A stretch of 64,000 bases of DNA from Nemertoderma westbladi. Lineage: Eukaryota > Animalia > Xenacoelomorpha. Position numbers and translations under genes: made by a program. The notes beneath the pieces are model-generated. The model saw nothing but the letters and a program-made list of their open reading frames with translations, searched no databases and had not been told where the DNA came from. The stretch is from NCBI GenBank assembly GCA_032718475.1, contig JAUCBJ010007517.1, forward strand, positions 1-64,000. The letters run 5' to 3'. Below, one piece after another: positions 22,938 to 37,477 of this stretch (position 1 is its first letter; every line of letters begins with the position of its first letter).

Positions 22938-25061
22938 CATGGACGGATTAAGGGGGGGGGGGCAACAGGGGCAGCTGCCGGGGGCCCGTAAGTTGGAAGG
23001 GGCCCGCAAGTTGGGAGAAATTTACCGAACATTATCTCACTGATAAAACAACCTCATTTATTTATTAATTTCTGGCTGTTCAATAAATATTTAGAGTATA
23101 TCTCACATATAGCCTCACCATTCAGAGCACTGTGTCCCATAGAATGTTTAAAGTGTTTTAAAAAAATATTTTAAGTGTGGGGCGAGCCACGAAGTTGGCG
23201 GAGCCTTAGCGAATTGACACTGTTAGGGGGTGGGTCAATTTATGCAAATAGTTGTTGTCGTCGTCGTTGTCGTCGTCGTCGTCGTCATCGTTGTCGTCGT
23301 CGTTACGATTTTGACATGCTAATAACTTTGTCGGATTTAAAGCTGCCAAGTTGAAAATTTGTAGGTATCAATATGAGCAAAAGTTGAGATTTTTGAGAGA
23401 CTTTCAGACACCATCAGTGCAATGGTCTCCCGCTAGAGGGCCACATGTCTAAACATTAAATGCCCTCCCATTTCTTTGCTTTTAATCCGTTTAAGCTGAA
23501 ACTTGGCAGATATGTATTAGACCATTAGCTGTGACTTTCAAAGGAGGCGAATCCATCTGCAGTTCTCCAGTCTGCCGCTAGAGGGCCAAAGGTCTGAAAG
23601 TGAAATCGTTGTCGTCGTTACGATTTTGACATGCTAATAACTTTGTCGGATTTAAAGCTGCCAAGTTGAAAATTTGTAGGTATCAATATGAGCTAAAGTT
23701 GAGATTTTTGAGAGACTTTCAGACACCATCAGTGCAATGGTCTCCCGCTAGAGGGCCACATGTCTAAACATTAAATGCCCTCCCATTTCTTTGCTTTTAA
23801 TCCGTTTAAGCTGAAACTTGGCAGATATGTATTAGACCATTAGCTGTGACTTTCAAAGGAGGCGAATCCATCTGCAGTTCTCCAGTCTGCCGCTAGAGGG
23901 CCAAATGTCTGAAAGTGAAATCGTTGTCGTCGTTATGATATTGACATGCTTATAACTTTGTCGAATTTAAAGCTGCCAAGTTGAAAATTTGTTTTGTTGA
24001 AAATCAGTTCAACAGTCACCCGCTATAGGACTACTTTATGCCTGAAAGTGAATAGATTCTCCCGTCTCATTGATTTTAATCAGTTTAAGCTGAATCTTGC
24101 CATATATTCTGGACCACATGCTGCGTCTTTGTGGGGGGGGGGGGGGGGGGGGGATTTAATCGGTCTGCCGCTATACGACGAAATTTCTGAAAGTGAGATC
24201 CGTCTCTCATTTCGTTATCCGTTATTCAAGATGAAACTTGGCCGATGTACGTATGTACTATTCATCCATAGGCTGTGTCTTTGTGGGGCTGGAGACCCTA
24301 ATCCATCTTCAGTTCTCACTATACCGCTAGAGTCAGAAATGTCTGAATAGAAATGAAAGAGGTAAAAAGTGATTAGGCGAAATCTGCTTAATATTTGCTA
24401 ATACAGTAATACTTTCGAATTACTACTTAAATTAAATTTAAGTCACGTGCTGCGCGAAGGCCCCACTTCGTGTAATGTAATGCTTAAAGGAAACCGTTAG
24501 CAAAAAAACTAAATTAACCAAAAAAAAAAAAAAAAAATTTAAATAATAGTAAACTATTACTGTATTACAATTAACATTTAATTTACCTTTCAATTAATAT
24601 TATCTGAAATCATTCACGAGTTCAGTAGGTTAGGAAATTGCTATTTTTAAGTAATTTTGTGTCTAATTTATTGATATACCAGTATATTATTCGTTCCTAA
24701 ATATAGAATTATGTCTTTTGGATGGTGTAATTTTAGGAAAAAATTAGTATTATTTAAATAATAAAGGACTATTATTCGATAAAAAAAAAGTAAGCGGAAA
24801 TCACCGCTTTTTTAACTGATATTCAATCAGCGAAATTCAACTCTGTTTTTTTTTTGTTTTTTTTATTCAACTGTTACGTTTTTATATCGAATATATTGTT
24901 TTATTTGAAAAAAATATCATACCAGCGTTACTTATTTGTACCAACGGGGACCAAAATTTTTTGCAATTGGTTTTCGTCGGGGGGGGGGGGGGGGGGGGGG
25001 GGGGGTAAGGGGCCCGTAAGTTGCGACTGCCGGGGGCCCGAAAATCCATAATCCGTCCCTG
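22938..25061. mobile_element. Non-autonomous hAT-like DNA transposon
   Basis: TIR CA(T/G)GGACGGATTA / TAATCCGTCCCTG and 8-bp TSD CACACTCC (22930-22937 and 25062-25069). Confidence 0.85.
23177..24473 (+). mobile_element. Helentron/DINE-1-like non-autonomous element nested in the hAT-like element
   Basis: 5' GTGGGGCGAGCCACGAAGT, (GTC)n microsatellite, ~320-bp internal tandem units, 3' CGTGCTGCGCGAAGGCCCCAC; the same end motifs recur elsewhere. Superfamily is inferred. Confidence 0.55.
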
Positions 25062-25201
25062 CACACTCCCACCTAATCCACTTCTATTGAACGGGCAGTC
25101 TTAAGTTGCATATATTCTATTTCTAACAGTATGGCGTCTCTAAAGGGTCAAAATATAAATGAATAACAACCTCTATGAAACAAAAAAATGCCTCCATATT
25201 T

Positions 25202-25332
25202 GTTACTGCAGTAATAAATAATTGTTACTGCAGTCGAAATTATTTATTACTTCAGTAACAATTATTTCTTACTGCAGTAACAATTATTTATTACTGCAGT
25301 GACAATTATTTATTACTGCAGAAACAATTATT
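25202..25332. repeat. 22-nt AATTATTTATTACTGCAGTAAC minisatellite, left part
   Basis: The array resumes at about 27673-27855 after the LINE insertion. Confidence 0.85.
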
Positions 25333-27672
25333 TGATATTGATATTGATATTGATTTATTAGTGACGGGACACATAATAGATAACATTTAAGTTGGTATAG
25401 ACCGTTAGCAACCATACAATTGTTATAGATACAGTACGAGATATTTTTGTTATGAATTTAAATCAGTATGGTATGAAAAGTATATGAACAGTACATCTTG
25501 CGCGAGATATATCGATAAAATTGTCACTTAATGGGATAGCCACATGAGGCGGACCTCGTTTCCATGTGGGTCCCCGCTGTGTAATAATGTTTTAGGTAAA
25601 ATAGTCGGGGAAGTAATAAAATTAAATTTAGGACTACAGATTAGAATACACAAATAAAGTGGTCAGTGCTTAATCTAAAAATGGTTATAGATGGGATAAT
25701 TTGAAATTTGTTACTTAAAATTGTCAAATATTTAGATAAAATAAATATAAAAAAACAAACTTAGTAAAGGAACTGCGATGCATTGTTTGTGGACTACTAC
25801 AGTAATAAGATTGTATAATTGTTGGGGAAACAATAAAATTAAATTAAATTCAGGACTACGAATAGAAATACACAAATGAAATAGTTAGTGATTTAATCTA
25901 AAAATGGTTATAGATGGGATAATTTAAAATTTGTTACTTAAAATTTTTCTGTCAATTTACTGTCAAAAATTCTGTCAAGTATTTAGATAAATAAAGGTAG
26001 AAAAACAAACTTAGTAAAAGAACTGCGATGCATGTTTATGAATTAAGTGGGTTAATAGTGTGCAAGTAATTGTGATTCATGCGTCGGTTAGAGTATTTAA
26101 GTAATGGCGTTTTACTTGGTGTTTAAAAGACTCTAGTGTCGTTGCCTCGGTTACACAGTTCGGTAGGGCGTTCCAGAACGCTGGGCCTCGATATTCAAAT
26201 GAGTTCTGTGCGAATTTAGTATTCTTATGGGGGATCGATGCTTTTGTTCTCGGGGTTCGTGTTGATCGCGTGTTTTTATTGAAGTTAACCATATCTTGGA
26301 TGTAACTCGGTGAGGTTCCGCGCTGGGTCTTGTACATAAGAGTTACCAGATTTTGTTGCACTCGATATTCTATTGGTAGCCAGTTTATGGTTTTGTAGTG
26401 CGATGGATAGATGTGGCTGCGGTCCTCTAAAGATAAGCAATATCGAATGCACTTCCGCTGCAGTGCCTCAAGCTTGTTGCGCCAGATTGAGCTGATTGAG
26501 TAGAACCAGACAGCAGCAGCATAGTCCATGAGTGGCTGTATCAGCGCGTTACGTAGTAGGCGACGTAGGTTGTAGCTCCTTCGCAATTGACGTAAAGAAT
26601 GTATTAAATGTATCAGCAATTTGTTTTGGTTCGTGTACTAGAGCTCTGCCATTGTGGATTTTGTTATGGCCGACGGCTTGGTTTTCTTTACTGGCATTCC
26701 TAGGGACTTTAATGTTTTCCATAACTTTTTGTGGTCGGTCCTGTTATTTTCGATTTGGGTCCGTATGTAAGCTTTCGTAGCCTCTTTGATGGGGTTAGTG
26801 GCAACGTTCCTTTGTTTTTTGAAATCGGTTTCATTTATGACAGTGCGGTTGTGTTTCAGTTTTGAAAATGATTTGTCCCTTACTATTATCAGCTGTAGAA
26901 GTTCCGGTGTAAGCCATGGTTCCGAATGTGTCTTGATTCTTATATCCCTGTTTGGGGCTATTGAATCCAGTATTGAAGTTAGCTGAGTAGTGAGGATGTT
27001 GACGGCTGTGTCCACATTAGTAATTAGGCTGATATTCGATATAGCATCATTGCGCGCTATCATATTGGATACGGCTGCGGGGGAGTATTCCTTATAGTTT
27101 CTGGCATTAATTATATGAGGAGGAACTGCATCCGGTTTGACTTTCTTTCTAGTTATATGAACTATGTAGTGGTCGCTGATACCAACCTCAATAACACCAT
27201 AGTCAGTAACCTTGTCAGCCAATGATGTAGTGTAGATGTGGTCTATGAGGGTAGCTGTTGTGTTGGTTACACGAGTGGCCTCCTTGATAATCTGTTTTGC
27301 ACCAATCGAGTTGCAGTAAGAAATGACTACATTTTTGTCCCCAATCTGTCTGGGGTCATTCGATAACATATCGACGTTCACATCACCCAGAATGAAAATT
27401 TCGCGTAGTTCACCGATGCTTCCAATTCCTGTTTCTAGAGTGTTGAAGAAGTGTGTAACTGAAGATGATGGTGGACGATAAACCGAGCCGATTAGGATTC
27501 TAGGTGTTTGTTTGAGTAAGAGAAAACCAAACAGTCCTTCAATATCCAGATTATTTAGTGTATCACAGGGTTCCAGTGTTAGATTATTTTTCGTATAGAT
27601 AGCTACACCTCCGTGTCCATTTTCTATTCTGTCTTTCCTTGTGACATAGTATCTATTAGACATAGTCATAGC
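25333..27672 (-). mobile_element. CR1/L2-like LINE fragment: APE endonuclease (26638-27669) joined to post-RT C-terminus (26077-26619), RT core missing, 3' UTR and microsatellite tail
   Basis: RKDR..GGVAIY, YRPP, GDVNVD, LIDHIY, SDH; F.YRGP..WNALP; tail AATAAA(TCAATA)n. Confidence 0.85.
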
Positions 27673-27855
27673 ATTTATTACTGCAGTACCAATTATTTAT
27701 TACTGCAGTAACAATTATTTATTACTGCAGTGACAATTATTTATTACTGCAGTACCAATTATTTATTACTGCAGTAACAATTATTTATTACTGCAGTGAC
27801 AATTATTTATTACTGCAGTGACAATTATTTATTACTGCAGTGACAATTATTTATT

Positions 27856-29170
27856 GCCAGGAACCCAGACAAGCACTATCCCTGAGATCCTAGAGTCGGC
27901 TTATGGTGGTGTCTGGCTCAACAGACCTGGTTCGTCAACGGACCCTATATGGGAGTCCCGCCATGAACGGCTGACCCATTTGCCAGGCCACCGTTACGTG
28001 GTCCCGGGGGGTAATGTGGGGCGTAAGATAGTCGACGTCCTTACCAGTGAGGTTGAAGGTCTCGCCAATGGCTCACGCCCATCGGAGCGCCCACTGTGCT
28101 TCATCGCCACAGTATTCCAACGGGACCCAGATGTCAGTAAAAGTCCGGATGTACGGCGGACACTGCTGAGGCGCACCGAGATGTTGGAGCGCGGCGAGTT
28201 TGATGCACTAGTCGCCGAGGCTGCTAGGTCCAGCGCCAAGTTTCCTACAACTCGAGGCGAAGTCAAACCAAACACTGCACGTACTTTTAATAGGAAGATC
28301 CTCGCTGGGATGAACCGTGCCGCAGTACGGGCTGCTACCAACCGGGACACCGGTGGAGTCCTCGATCCGAATGCTCAGGCAGGAGGCGAACCAGATGGAG
28401 TAACTGTCCGGGACATCCTTCAAAGGAAGCACCCCTTACAGGCTCCTATAAGACCTGAATCACTGGAACCGTGCCCTGTTCTCCCACCATTAGAGGCTGT
28501 TGATATATCAGGACAGATAGTCCTCAAAGTCACCAAGACTCTGCGAGGCAGCGCTGGACCAGTCGGCGGCGATGCAGAACTCTGGAGCGCTCTGCTCACA
28601 CGCTATGAAGCCCACAGTGCATGCCTCCGTGAAGCTGTCGCCAGTCTCGCACGACGCCTCTCTAACACCATGGTACCATGGGGCCAGATCCGGGCACTGA
28701 GGGCCTGTCGGTTGATCGGCCTTGACAAGAAGCCGGGTGTCCGACCTATCGGCATTGGGGAGGTGTTATACCGCCTGCTGGCGAACTGTCTGGCGATGGC
28801 GACGAAGTCAGATCTAATCGCAGAGTGTGGTGCGGACCAACTGTGCACGGGCGTCAAAGCCGGACTCGAGGGCGCCATACACGCCATGACATCTATTTTC
28901 ACCGAGGAGGAGACCCAGGCAATGCTGCTTGTTGATGCGAGCAACGCATTCAACAGCTTGAGTCGCCCAGCAGCATTGTGGAACTGTCGCATTTACTGGC
29001 ATCGAGCATCACGTTTTGTGTATAATGCTTATAACGGTCACGCTGCCCTCTACATGTCTGGCTCAAAGTCGCCCATATGGAGTGCCGAAGGGATGACACA
29101 AGGTGATCCCCTCGCAATGCTGGTTTATGGGTGCACCACCCTCCCAATGATTCGGGCATTACGCAATATT
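27856..29170 (+). pseudogene. Truncated RT of a CRE/R2-type (RLE) non-LTR retrotransposon
   Basis: DKKPGVRPIGIGE, GLEGAIHA, LLVDASNAFNS, GMTQGDPLAM; breaks off before the YxDD motif. Confidence 0.85.
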
Positions 29171-29367
29171 CAAGCAGACCCTTCTTCACCCAAGTTATCA
29201 CCTCAACCGAGTTTGTCCACCACTCAACCCTTACCATCGCCTACCAGGAGCACCAGTGTCCCACAGTCACCGCATTCAAGGAGATACACCGAGACTCGAT
29301 CACTATCGCAACCATTACCTCCCATCGAGCCATCGTTAAAGGAGGAGTATGTATATAATCTGAACGT

Positions 29368-29600
29368 TCCGAAATTAACTTATGGACGTCCCGAAATTAA
29401 TTTATGGACGTCCCGTAATTAATTTATGGACGTCCCGTAATTAATTTATGGACGTCCCGAAATTAATTTATGGACGTCCTGAAATTAATTTATGGACGTC
29501 CCGAAATTAATCTACCAACCACTCAGAATCGTAATGAAATAACTAATTAATGGACGTCCATAAATTAATTTCGGGATGTTAATTTCGGAAATTAATTTCA
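29368..29600. repeat. 22-nt AATTAATTTATGGACGTCCCG minisatellite with an inverted copy
   Basis: Directly visible. Confidence 0.85.
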
Positions 29601-29669
29601 ATAATATTTTTTTTTATAATAAAAATTTTTTTAAATATTTTTTTACAATGTATAATTCGCGGACACTGC

Positions 29670-30074
29670 GGGGTGACTACAAAACAAAGACCCAATTATA
29701 AAGACCTGCATAATCTTTGTTACATGTGTTAACTTTCGTTAATTGTTTTGAATCCCTCGTCACGCCTCTGTAACTTGCTTCTTTACTAACCTGCACTTTT
29801 AAATAGCAATGGTACATAACGCTCATTGTGACCTGTACAAAACAAAGAGGTAAAGTCGCGTTACGTCCCAAAGAGCGTTAGGTTCCAAAGAGCTTTAGGT
29901 CCCATTGCCAGAGAGCGCGAGGTTACATTGCCATTTAAAGGAGCAGGTTAGTAAAGAAGCAGGTTACAGAGGCGTGTTGGGGAACCAAAACAATAAACGA
30001 GAGTTAACACATGTGTTTTGTATTTGTACAGGTCTTTATTATTTGGGTCGTTGGTCTTTGTTTTGTAGCACCCG
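29670..30074. mobile_element. Fold-back MITE with ~150-bp imperfect inverted arms
   Basis: GGGTGACTACAAAACAAAGACC at the left versus GGTCTTTGTTTTGTAGCACCC at the right, with matching internal arms. Confidence 0.7.
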
Positions 30075-30660
30075 ACATACGGTGTTGCGTGGGGGCCACC
30101 CACCCACACTCAACTCCCAACTTCCTGGACACTAGGATACTGAGTGAAAGCGTCTGAAGCTACTACAGGAACTCCATGATATACTAAGGGCTAGCGACTA
30201 GGGACTGGCACCCTTGAACATGTAAACTGTAGTACCTACTGTACCACCTACCTTAAAGTGACCTGTGGGACCAGCGCATTATTAGTGAGGTCGGCATTTC
30301 TCTTTATCCTGCCGCTCTCTTTGTATTACAATAGCATACAGCTAACCAATGGCAATGGTCTACCCCCAGTGCGGGAAAGACAAGCTGGCTACCATTGAAA
30401 TGAATAGGGGAAGGATAATATGGTGTGTTCGTGTTCCCATCCTAATGTCTGTCATCTTGGCTCAGCTAAGCTTAAACAGAGCCACAGCCTACAATAGAGC
30501 TTTACCTAAATACACTTCCAGTGAGCCAAGCAGTAGTGGCGGGTTAGCTCCAAAATGCCCATGTAGGATTTCTTCGAAAAAGGACCAATTGGTTGAGTTA
30601 CGAGTTACAGTGAAAAAGTATTCATGATTAGATTTTGCTTTGAACAGACAGACAGGAGAA

Positions 30661-32248
30661 ACACGTTCGTGGGGCCTTCGCGCAGCACGAGGCCCAGTTA
30701 TGAGATACAAATTAAAATTGAGCGACTGTATCACAAAATCAGGTTTTGAGAAATTTACCCACACCACCAATCAATCAAAGAAAGGGGGACAGCACGTGTT
30801 CACCCCTTTTAATCCCCCCCCCCCCCCCCCCAACCCTTCCCAACCACCAATACATAACCGCGACATCTACCACCCACGGAAGGGTAGCACGAACTTATTT
30901 CCAATCGCACGTTCAATATGCAAAGCCAGGTGGTTTATAGGAATATAATAAACGCAGTACTCGTTTTCATTATAAGCCTCGTTGCGTTCGTCCTGTTTTG
31001 TATTTAAATATATTTCTTAAACGCAGTCTAGGACGATCTTTATAATAATAATAACTAGGGATGCGATCAATATGTGAAGCCAGGTGGTTTATATAATAAT
31101 TTAGTCAACGCAGTACTAGTCTTCATTATATGCCTCGTTGCGCTCGTCTCTTGTCCTGTTTTGTCATAAAATATTTTTCCAAAACGCAGACTGACGATCT
31201 TTATACAGTTAGAACTATGCGAAGTTTCGAAACTGTGCGAGTAACTGTTGATACATCTATGTGGAGATGTGTGATATGTGGAGATGTGTGATACAACGCC
31301 AACGCATCTTATGCCGATGTAGTAATATGGGTATTGAAATAATATTAAATCAATGTACACTCTTAAAGCTGCAGCGAAAAAATGTAGCTAATTTCCTAGG
31401 TTACATATAAAATAATAATATTATTTTTAAGAACATTAATTTTACTACTTTGCAAAAATTCAATTAAAAAATAACCAGACTTGTATTTATGTTATTATAT
31501 CTGTCATTTACCTGAGATAGCAATTAATAGTAGTAGTAGTCGAACGGTTATGCGGCCCGTCCAGCCTATAATAAACACAATTCAGTGATAGTGATAATAA
31601 TACAACACTTATAGTAGAGTCATTAGGAATTGGAATACAGGAAGGATGTTGGGATGTTGGATTTAAAGAATGCTGTCTGGGCTGGAATAGCAATGCTGGT
31701 TGCCTATTACAATTCCTCTCTGGTTAGTCTACAGCCACAACTCCCAGCCATAGCTAGCTCCATACCAGCAGAGACTTGACCAATAATGGGAAGGATTAAA
31801 TTTGTACTCAATAATTGTGCCGTTTAATTACGTTTAGATCAATTAAAGACACATTTATTAAAGCAAATCACTTGAACTAAATAAAAACTATAATAGAATG
31901 GCGTATGTGGATTACATCTGTATAATTTTTAAGTATAATTATTTAAATCTTATACTGTAAAACAATTAATTTCCTTTAAAAGGCAGGTTGAAAATGGTGT
32001 TTTCACCGTAATCAACTTAATTAACTAATTAACTGCTTTTATCTTAGCTTCTCGAAGACCACACGGAAATTCTACATGGAAAATTTCTAAACTTTTGCCA
32101 AACAACATGTGTACCAAGTTTGGATAGATTGCATCAAAGATTGGCCGAGTTATTAACGTTTAAAATTGAACACGACAGAACGACAGAACGACAGGTTGAT
32201 TAATGGTACCACTACGCTAAGGCTCACTCACTTCGTGGCTCGCCCCAC
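30661..32248 (-). mobile_element. Second Helentron/DINE-1-like element with the same end motifs as 23177-24473
   Basis: Both end motifs appear in reverse orientation, with a GACAGAAC repeat near the 5' end. Confidence 0.5.
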
Positions 32249-33339
32249 AGATGGAATATATAGGTCATCTAATTAATTGTTTAAAGATTAGCAAACAATA
32301 CAGTGTAATTGAATTGATGAAATCCATAAATAAAACGTGGATACAAAATGTAAAATCGGGTGGCAAAATATAAATTTCTGAGCTAAGAAAGGGAAATTGG
32401 ATACTGTACAACTTATCTGGATACAAGCGTCCGTTTACCTTACAAAATGAAAAATAAACGTGCGAAATATAAAACAGTAGTATCCTACTCGAACGGAACG
32501 GAACTGGGGGGGGGGGGGGGGGGGTTGGGGAGGGAATGTCCGGAAATCGAAGCCTTTTTCTATCTGCCAACATCCTGGGCTTTACTTACACTCAGCCTCT
32601 ATTCACTGGCTGTGATTGACAGAAGTTCCTTTCATGAATGCCGCAATTTATATTTGGCCATTTTGGTCGTTTTGGCCGCCAAAATGACCAAGTTAATGTT
32701 TATTGGGATTGGGATTGTAGAGATGAAACAAAAGTGCTATAAAAAAGTCATGTTTTCTGTAGGCCTATGTTTTTATCAGCCCTATCTGTATACTATTGAT
32801 TTTTAAATCACCATTGTATGTACTGTATATTTTAATTAGATGCATTTGTCACTTTCTTTCTGATAATTCCATTTGGTGTCTGTTTTTATTTTCTTCTTTG
32901 TTCGCTTAACAACTGTAAGTGTACCTTGTTGTTTTTCTCCGGTGACAATTTTAATTCATTTAATAATATTTCACTGTGTTTAACAATAATAATAAAAATA
33001 AATAATTGTCAGCGTCAATATAATCTGGTTGGGGTTCTACAATGTACCAATTAGCCTCCACCCTCACCCATCGTCAATAATTGATTAATTTATATCTAGG
33101 ATAATTAATTATAACCTACTTGTATATGTATGTATTTAATTATTGTTTATTTAATTATTTAATTTATTATTGTCGGAATTATGGAGGGGGGGGGGGGGGG
33201 GGGGAACTGGACGCAATAAAAATTAATCCTTCTCCAGGGGAAATTCGACGCAAATAACAGCTGATTATTCTCAAAAATAAAACTGTAACATGTTCTATTG
33301 TGCTTAGTTCTGTAGTTTATTGTTTTGGTTAAAATAACG

Positions 33340-34325
33340 TGTACGCGCTTTTGAAGACCTTTAGCAGTTTAACCTGCCAAATTTTATATGTCTTTTGGTT
33401 TATAAATAGACTTTAGAAATTGACAAATATTTAATACCAATAAACACAACATTAGCAGAAGCCAGCCTAGTGCGCGTCCATTCACCCGCTGGATATACCC
33501 GGGAGACTGGATTCTGAGGGCTTAGATTGTTATTGCAGTGTAAGCTTACTGTATTATTCGATTGATCGTTAAAAAATAATTTCTGACTAATATTATTCAC
33601 TTTCGGGAAATATTAACAGTTCCTTTAGGACGTGGCGCTCTATCTAGGTAAACAGAGATATGACTTATACTAAACACAACGGTAAGTCGGGAAGGCTTAT
33701 GATTCACGTATGAGGCGCATTCTTTAGGAAATGCTTAGTTATCAGTCACAATCATGCACACTACCGGTAACACACAATGCTGCACACTAATCTGCCGACT
33801 GTCAATGAATTTTATCATATATAAAGAGAACAGCAATTGACTCATGTAGTGCCTATCAAATAGCATTAAACTCACTACAAACCACGATAATATAAGTCGC
33901 AATCGCTATATGTAACCTGTCTCTCTAACCTGTAGTGTATCAAGAAAATTGGGAAATTTGGGTTCTTTATAGATATTCTCCAAATAATATTCAACCAATA
34001 TCACAAAAAATAACAACAGTAAAAGCATTAAGACGGTAGGTTAAGATATGATATGACAATGTATGTGCCGTATTGATCGGGTTGTTATGATATGATTGAT
34101 ATGATATGATTGATAACAGTTATACGCTCTATAATCTAAGCTCTGCTGCTATAGCTCTGGTTGGCCGATAGAACATAGTAAAGAGCCCCTCGTATAACAA
34201 ATCAGCCAATCAGCCGGTCGCTTTGCATCATTCGAGTTAGAGAGCTTTTTAGAGTATTCCAGCGCCTGGGGGGAAACTGGATTGCAAAGCAAAAGGGCCA
34301 GTTATATCCCACAAAAGCTTTTACA
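33340..34325 (-). repeat. 3' LTR of A copy 2 (986 bp)
   Basis: TGTACGCGC...CTTTTACA ends, with the same adjacent PPT as copy 1. Confidence 0.88.
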
Positions 34326-34403
34326 CCGCTCCCAGAAAATGGGATTTGAGTCTATAAAATATACAAAATCACAGTTTCTAATATACGTAAATACTCTAAA
34401 CAG

Positions 34404-35854
34404 TTAGTCTTTCTTACGCGGACGGCGTTTACGCAGTTTTTTAAAGCTAGCCAGAGTCCTTTTCTCTTTGGGGCGAGCCACTTTACAAGGAGGGCTATAA
34501 CTCCTGGGTGAAGGGTGCAATATAATTGCATCAGAGGGTGTAGGATTATGGTCGGTGTATCCGCCAGTCGAAGTGCCGGGTTGATTGACATCAACGTCGG
34601 GGGAGAGGGGTCTAACGGCTTTAAGAGCTCGTTTTAAGACAGCCGCTCTTACGGGTCCTTTACGAGTGGTCTGAACGAGAGCCGTGGGTGGACCATAGGC
34701 AGTTAGAAACCTCCGGGGTTTAATGGTTCTTTCCAACTCGCGTTCGCGGGCTCGGTATTCGTAAGGCCGTCGATATACTTCCTGTAACTCGGGGTGTGAG
34801 TTAACAAATAAGTCTCCATAGTCCGGGTCCTGACGGATATAATTGATTAAGCTATAGGAATGAAGGTCGCTAGGATTAACACTCCTAAGAAATTTGCGTA
34901 CGAACTTGGTTGAAATACATTCTCCGACGCGCTTCAGTAGTTCTTAACTCGATATGCGTGATTTCTGTTCGACAGAAGCGAATAGATAAGGATGGAACGC
35001 ATAAACTCCTTCGTAAGCGCGTCCAGGATAATAACGATGGCGCGAATCACAATGTAAATCAGTGTTCGCTTCCCAAGCTCTGATGTAACGTAGTGTGATC
35101 ATTTCATCTACGCTTTCCAAATCGTGATTAAAAAAGGACAATCGAAACTGGCGTGTCCCTTTAGTTGACAATGGTGACATTGAGTCATAAATTGAGGGCA
35201 AACCGCAAAAATGTGCAAGTTATTGAGTCTGCAATACGCGCAATAAATTTCCATCGCCGGTTGTTCGTGGAAATAGGAACAGCGGACGTTTGTGTCCATG
35301 GGCGTAACATGGTCTCTCGATGCGCATAACCGACAACGTTGCCGAGAAACATAGTTGGCATGGCGATAATCGTACGCAGTGAGACACTGTGGACCTTGAT
35401 ACCATTCTAGGATGTAATCGTTGTCGCTGTTCCGGGCGCGATAGGCTGAATCTCCTCAAATTCTAGGCATATTGGTTCGTCTTCCCAGTCTGTTACGAAT
35501 AGAATTTTCGTGATCTATTCTCGGTTTATCGTTACGACTCCGCTGGGTATGATATTTAAATAGAACCATTTCCCTTTCGGTGTCTACATCGTCCGTATCA
35601 TGTAAATCGATAGGATGGCCGGTAGTTAGGAAGTCCATATACGTACCATTACGATGCGTATAGCGAGCGGTGAATTTTCGATAGTCCAATTCACGCGTAA
35701 GTTGCTCTTGGGACATCGGCGGTTCGATATAACGACCATCGTCCTCCGTAATGGTTGGATCGGCTTCACCGCGTATCAAGCTATCCACAAATGCTTGTAA
35801 AGGTAGAGTATATCGCTCCCTGATACCAAGATCATCTTCTATCAACTCCGTCAT
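34404..35854 (-). pseudogene. Family A extra ORF in copy 2 with a ~2.8-kb internal deletion removing the exonuclease domain
   Basis: The junction at about 35485 joins copy 1 equivalents ~9872 and ~7066. Confidence 0.85.
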
Positions 35855-37477
35855 ATCTGCTATCTGAGTTTATTAATATTGTAATGAGTTTATGTTAAGG
35901 CGAGCGGGCGTCGCTGCCCACCTCTCTTTGCCCCCGGACAGTGGGATTCTCAGCGCCGATGTACCGTCGTCGCGGTGTTTACGCCAACATGTAGCAACAG
36001 CACGACAACGATAACCGGCACAAGTCACTCCACTGTCCGTCCCAAAGGCTTGAATCCACTTTAGGTTCTTTCTATAGGAGAGTTGGGCTACTTTCACAAT
36101 TGCGACTAGCTACTGTAAACATACTTTAGCAGTAACATTCACCTATAAACGCACAAATTCCACACAACTGTCACCAATTGTACACATACAGGCCATTTGT
36201 CCGTTAGTCAGTGCCTTCCAGAATGTCACGTTATTACTGTGTATCTTTGGATACTAACAGTGTGCTATGTATTCTCTATGCTATGCAATGTGACAAGCTT
36301 TCTATTGTTCTTTTAACTTGCTTCTAATTCTAGCGTGGGTGTTGCTATGGTGACATTATGGAAAGCTAGCGGTAGAATTAGGGTAATTCTCATGCATACA
36401 GATCTGGAATGCTATTTAATAGTAATTCTTTAATTGTCAATATCCTCTTTATACATGATTTTATTAATTTTATCGGCTATTGACTATATGTTGGAGATTC
36501 TCGCACTCTAATACACTCAATAGGATGAATCTCCGCTCCCATGATCTATTAATTAATGGAATTTTGGGAATGTTATAAATTGCACAAAATGACAATTTAT
36601 GAAATTCATTTAAAAATATGAATTTAAATTTATTCCCGTGAATTTTATTATTTGATAGTACAATTGACACAATTTGATTCCAGAGCAGGTCTGGGGACAT
36701 AGGATCCTTAATTCTATGAAAATTGTCTTTTAAGAGTATTGGTAAGTGCTGCGATATCTTAATTGACTAGAAATTTTAAAGGATCTGAATTTTACAGATT
36801 TTAATAAATATTAAGTTAATATTTAAGATAGGCACCGATTTATTCCAGAACTTGTCTGGGGACTTTAACCACTGATTCTAGAATTTGTCTTTCAAGTATA
36901 TCGGTGGGTGCCGCGATATCTTAATCGACTAGAATTACAGATGGTCAAAAGGTTTAACAGATTTATTTGCGTTTTACGCTACTGTTATAGGGACATCACG
37001 CTACTATATGTATTATTTAATATAAAGTAGAAGAGCAATATCGCACGAAGCAATGTCAGTGTGAAGAGGCAAGTCGTTTCCAAGGTCTACCCAGAGCTTG
37101 GTTTAGCCGAGACACGAGGATCTGAACTTTGCATTCCTAATACTCTGCCTACCAATAATACTTGAATATAGTAGTGGCTTTATTGTACTTTAATAAGTAC
37201 GGACATTTCATCTTACTGTAGTCACGTATTTATAATATGATACGGACAGTAAGGAAAGAGAAAAAATTATTTCTCGCCGTCACACTAAATATATATTATA
37301 TATATGTAATTACGTAATAAACACTAATATATTGCACTAACCTACTAAATATTCTAAAATAACATTCTACTAAATAAAATTAAATAAAACGATTATAATA
37401 AAGTACATAATAATGTTCGCATATAAAATATAATAAAATAGATCAAATAATATAGTCATGCGCCCACTCCAGACGTA

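Noticed and set aside
30230-30630. Possible host exons (also about 2480-2620)
   Set aside because: No recognisable protein motif or consistent splice chain.
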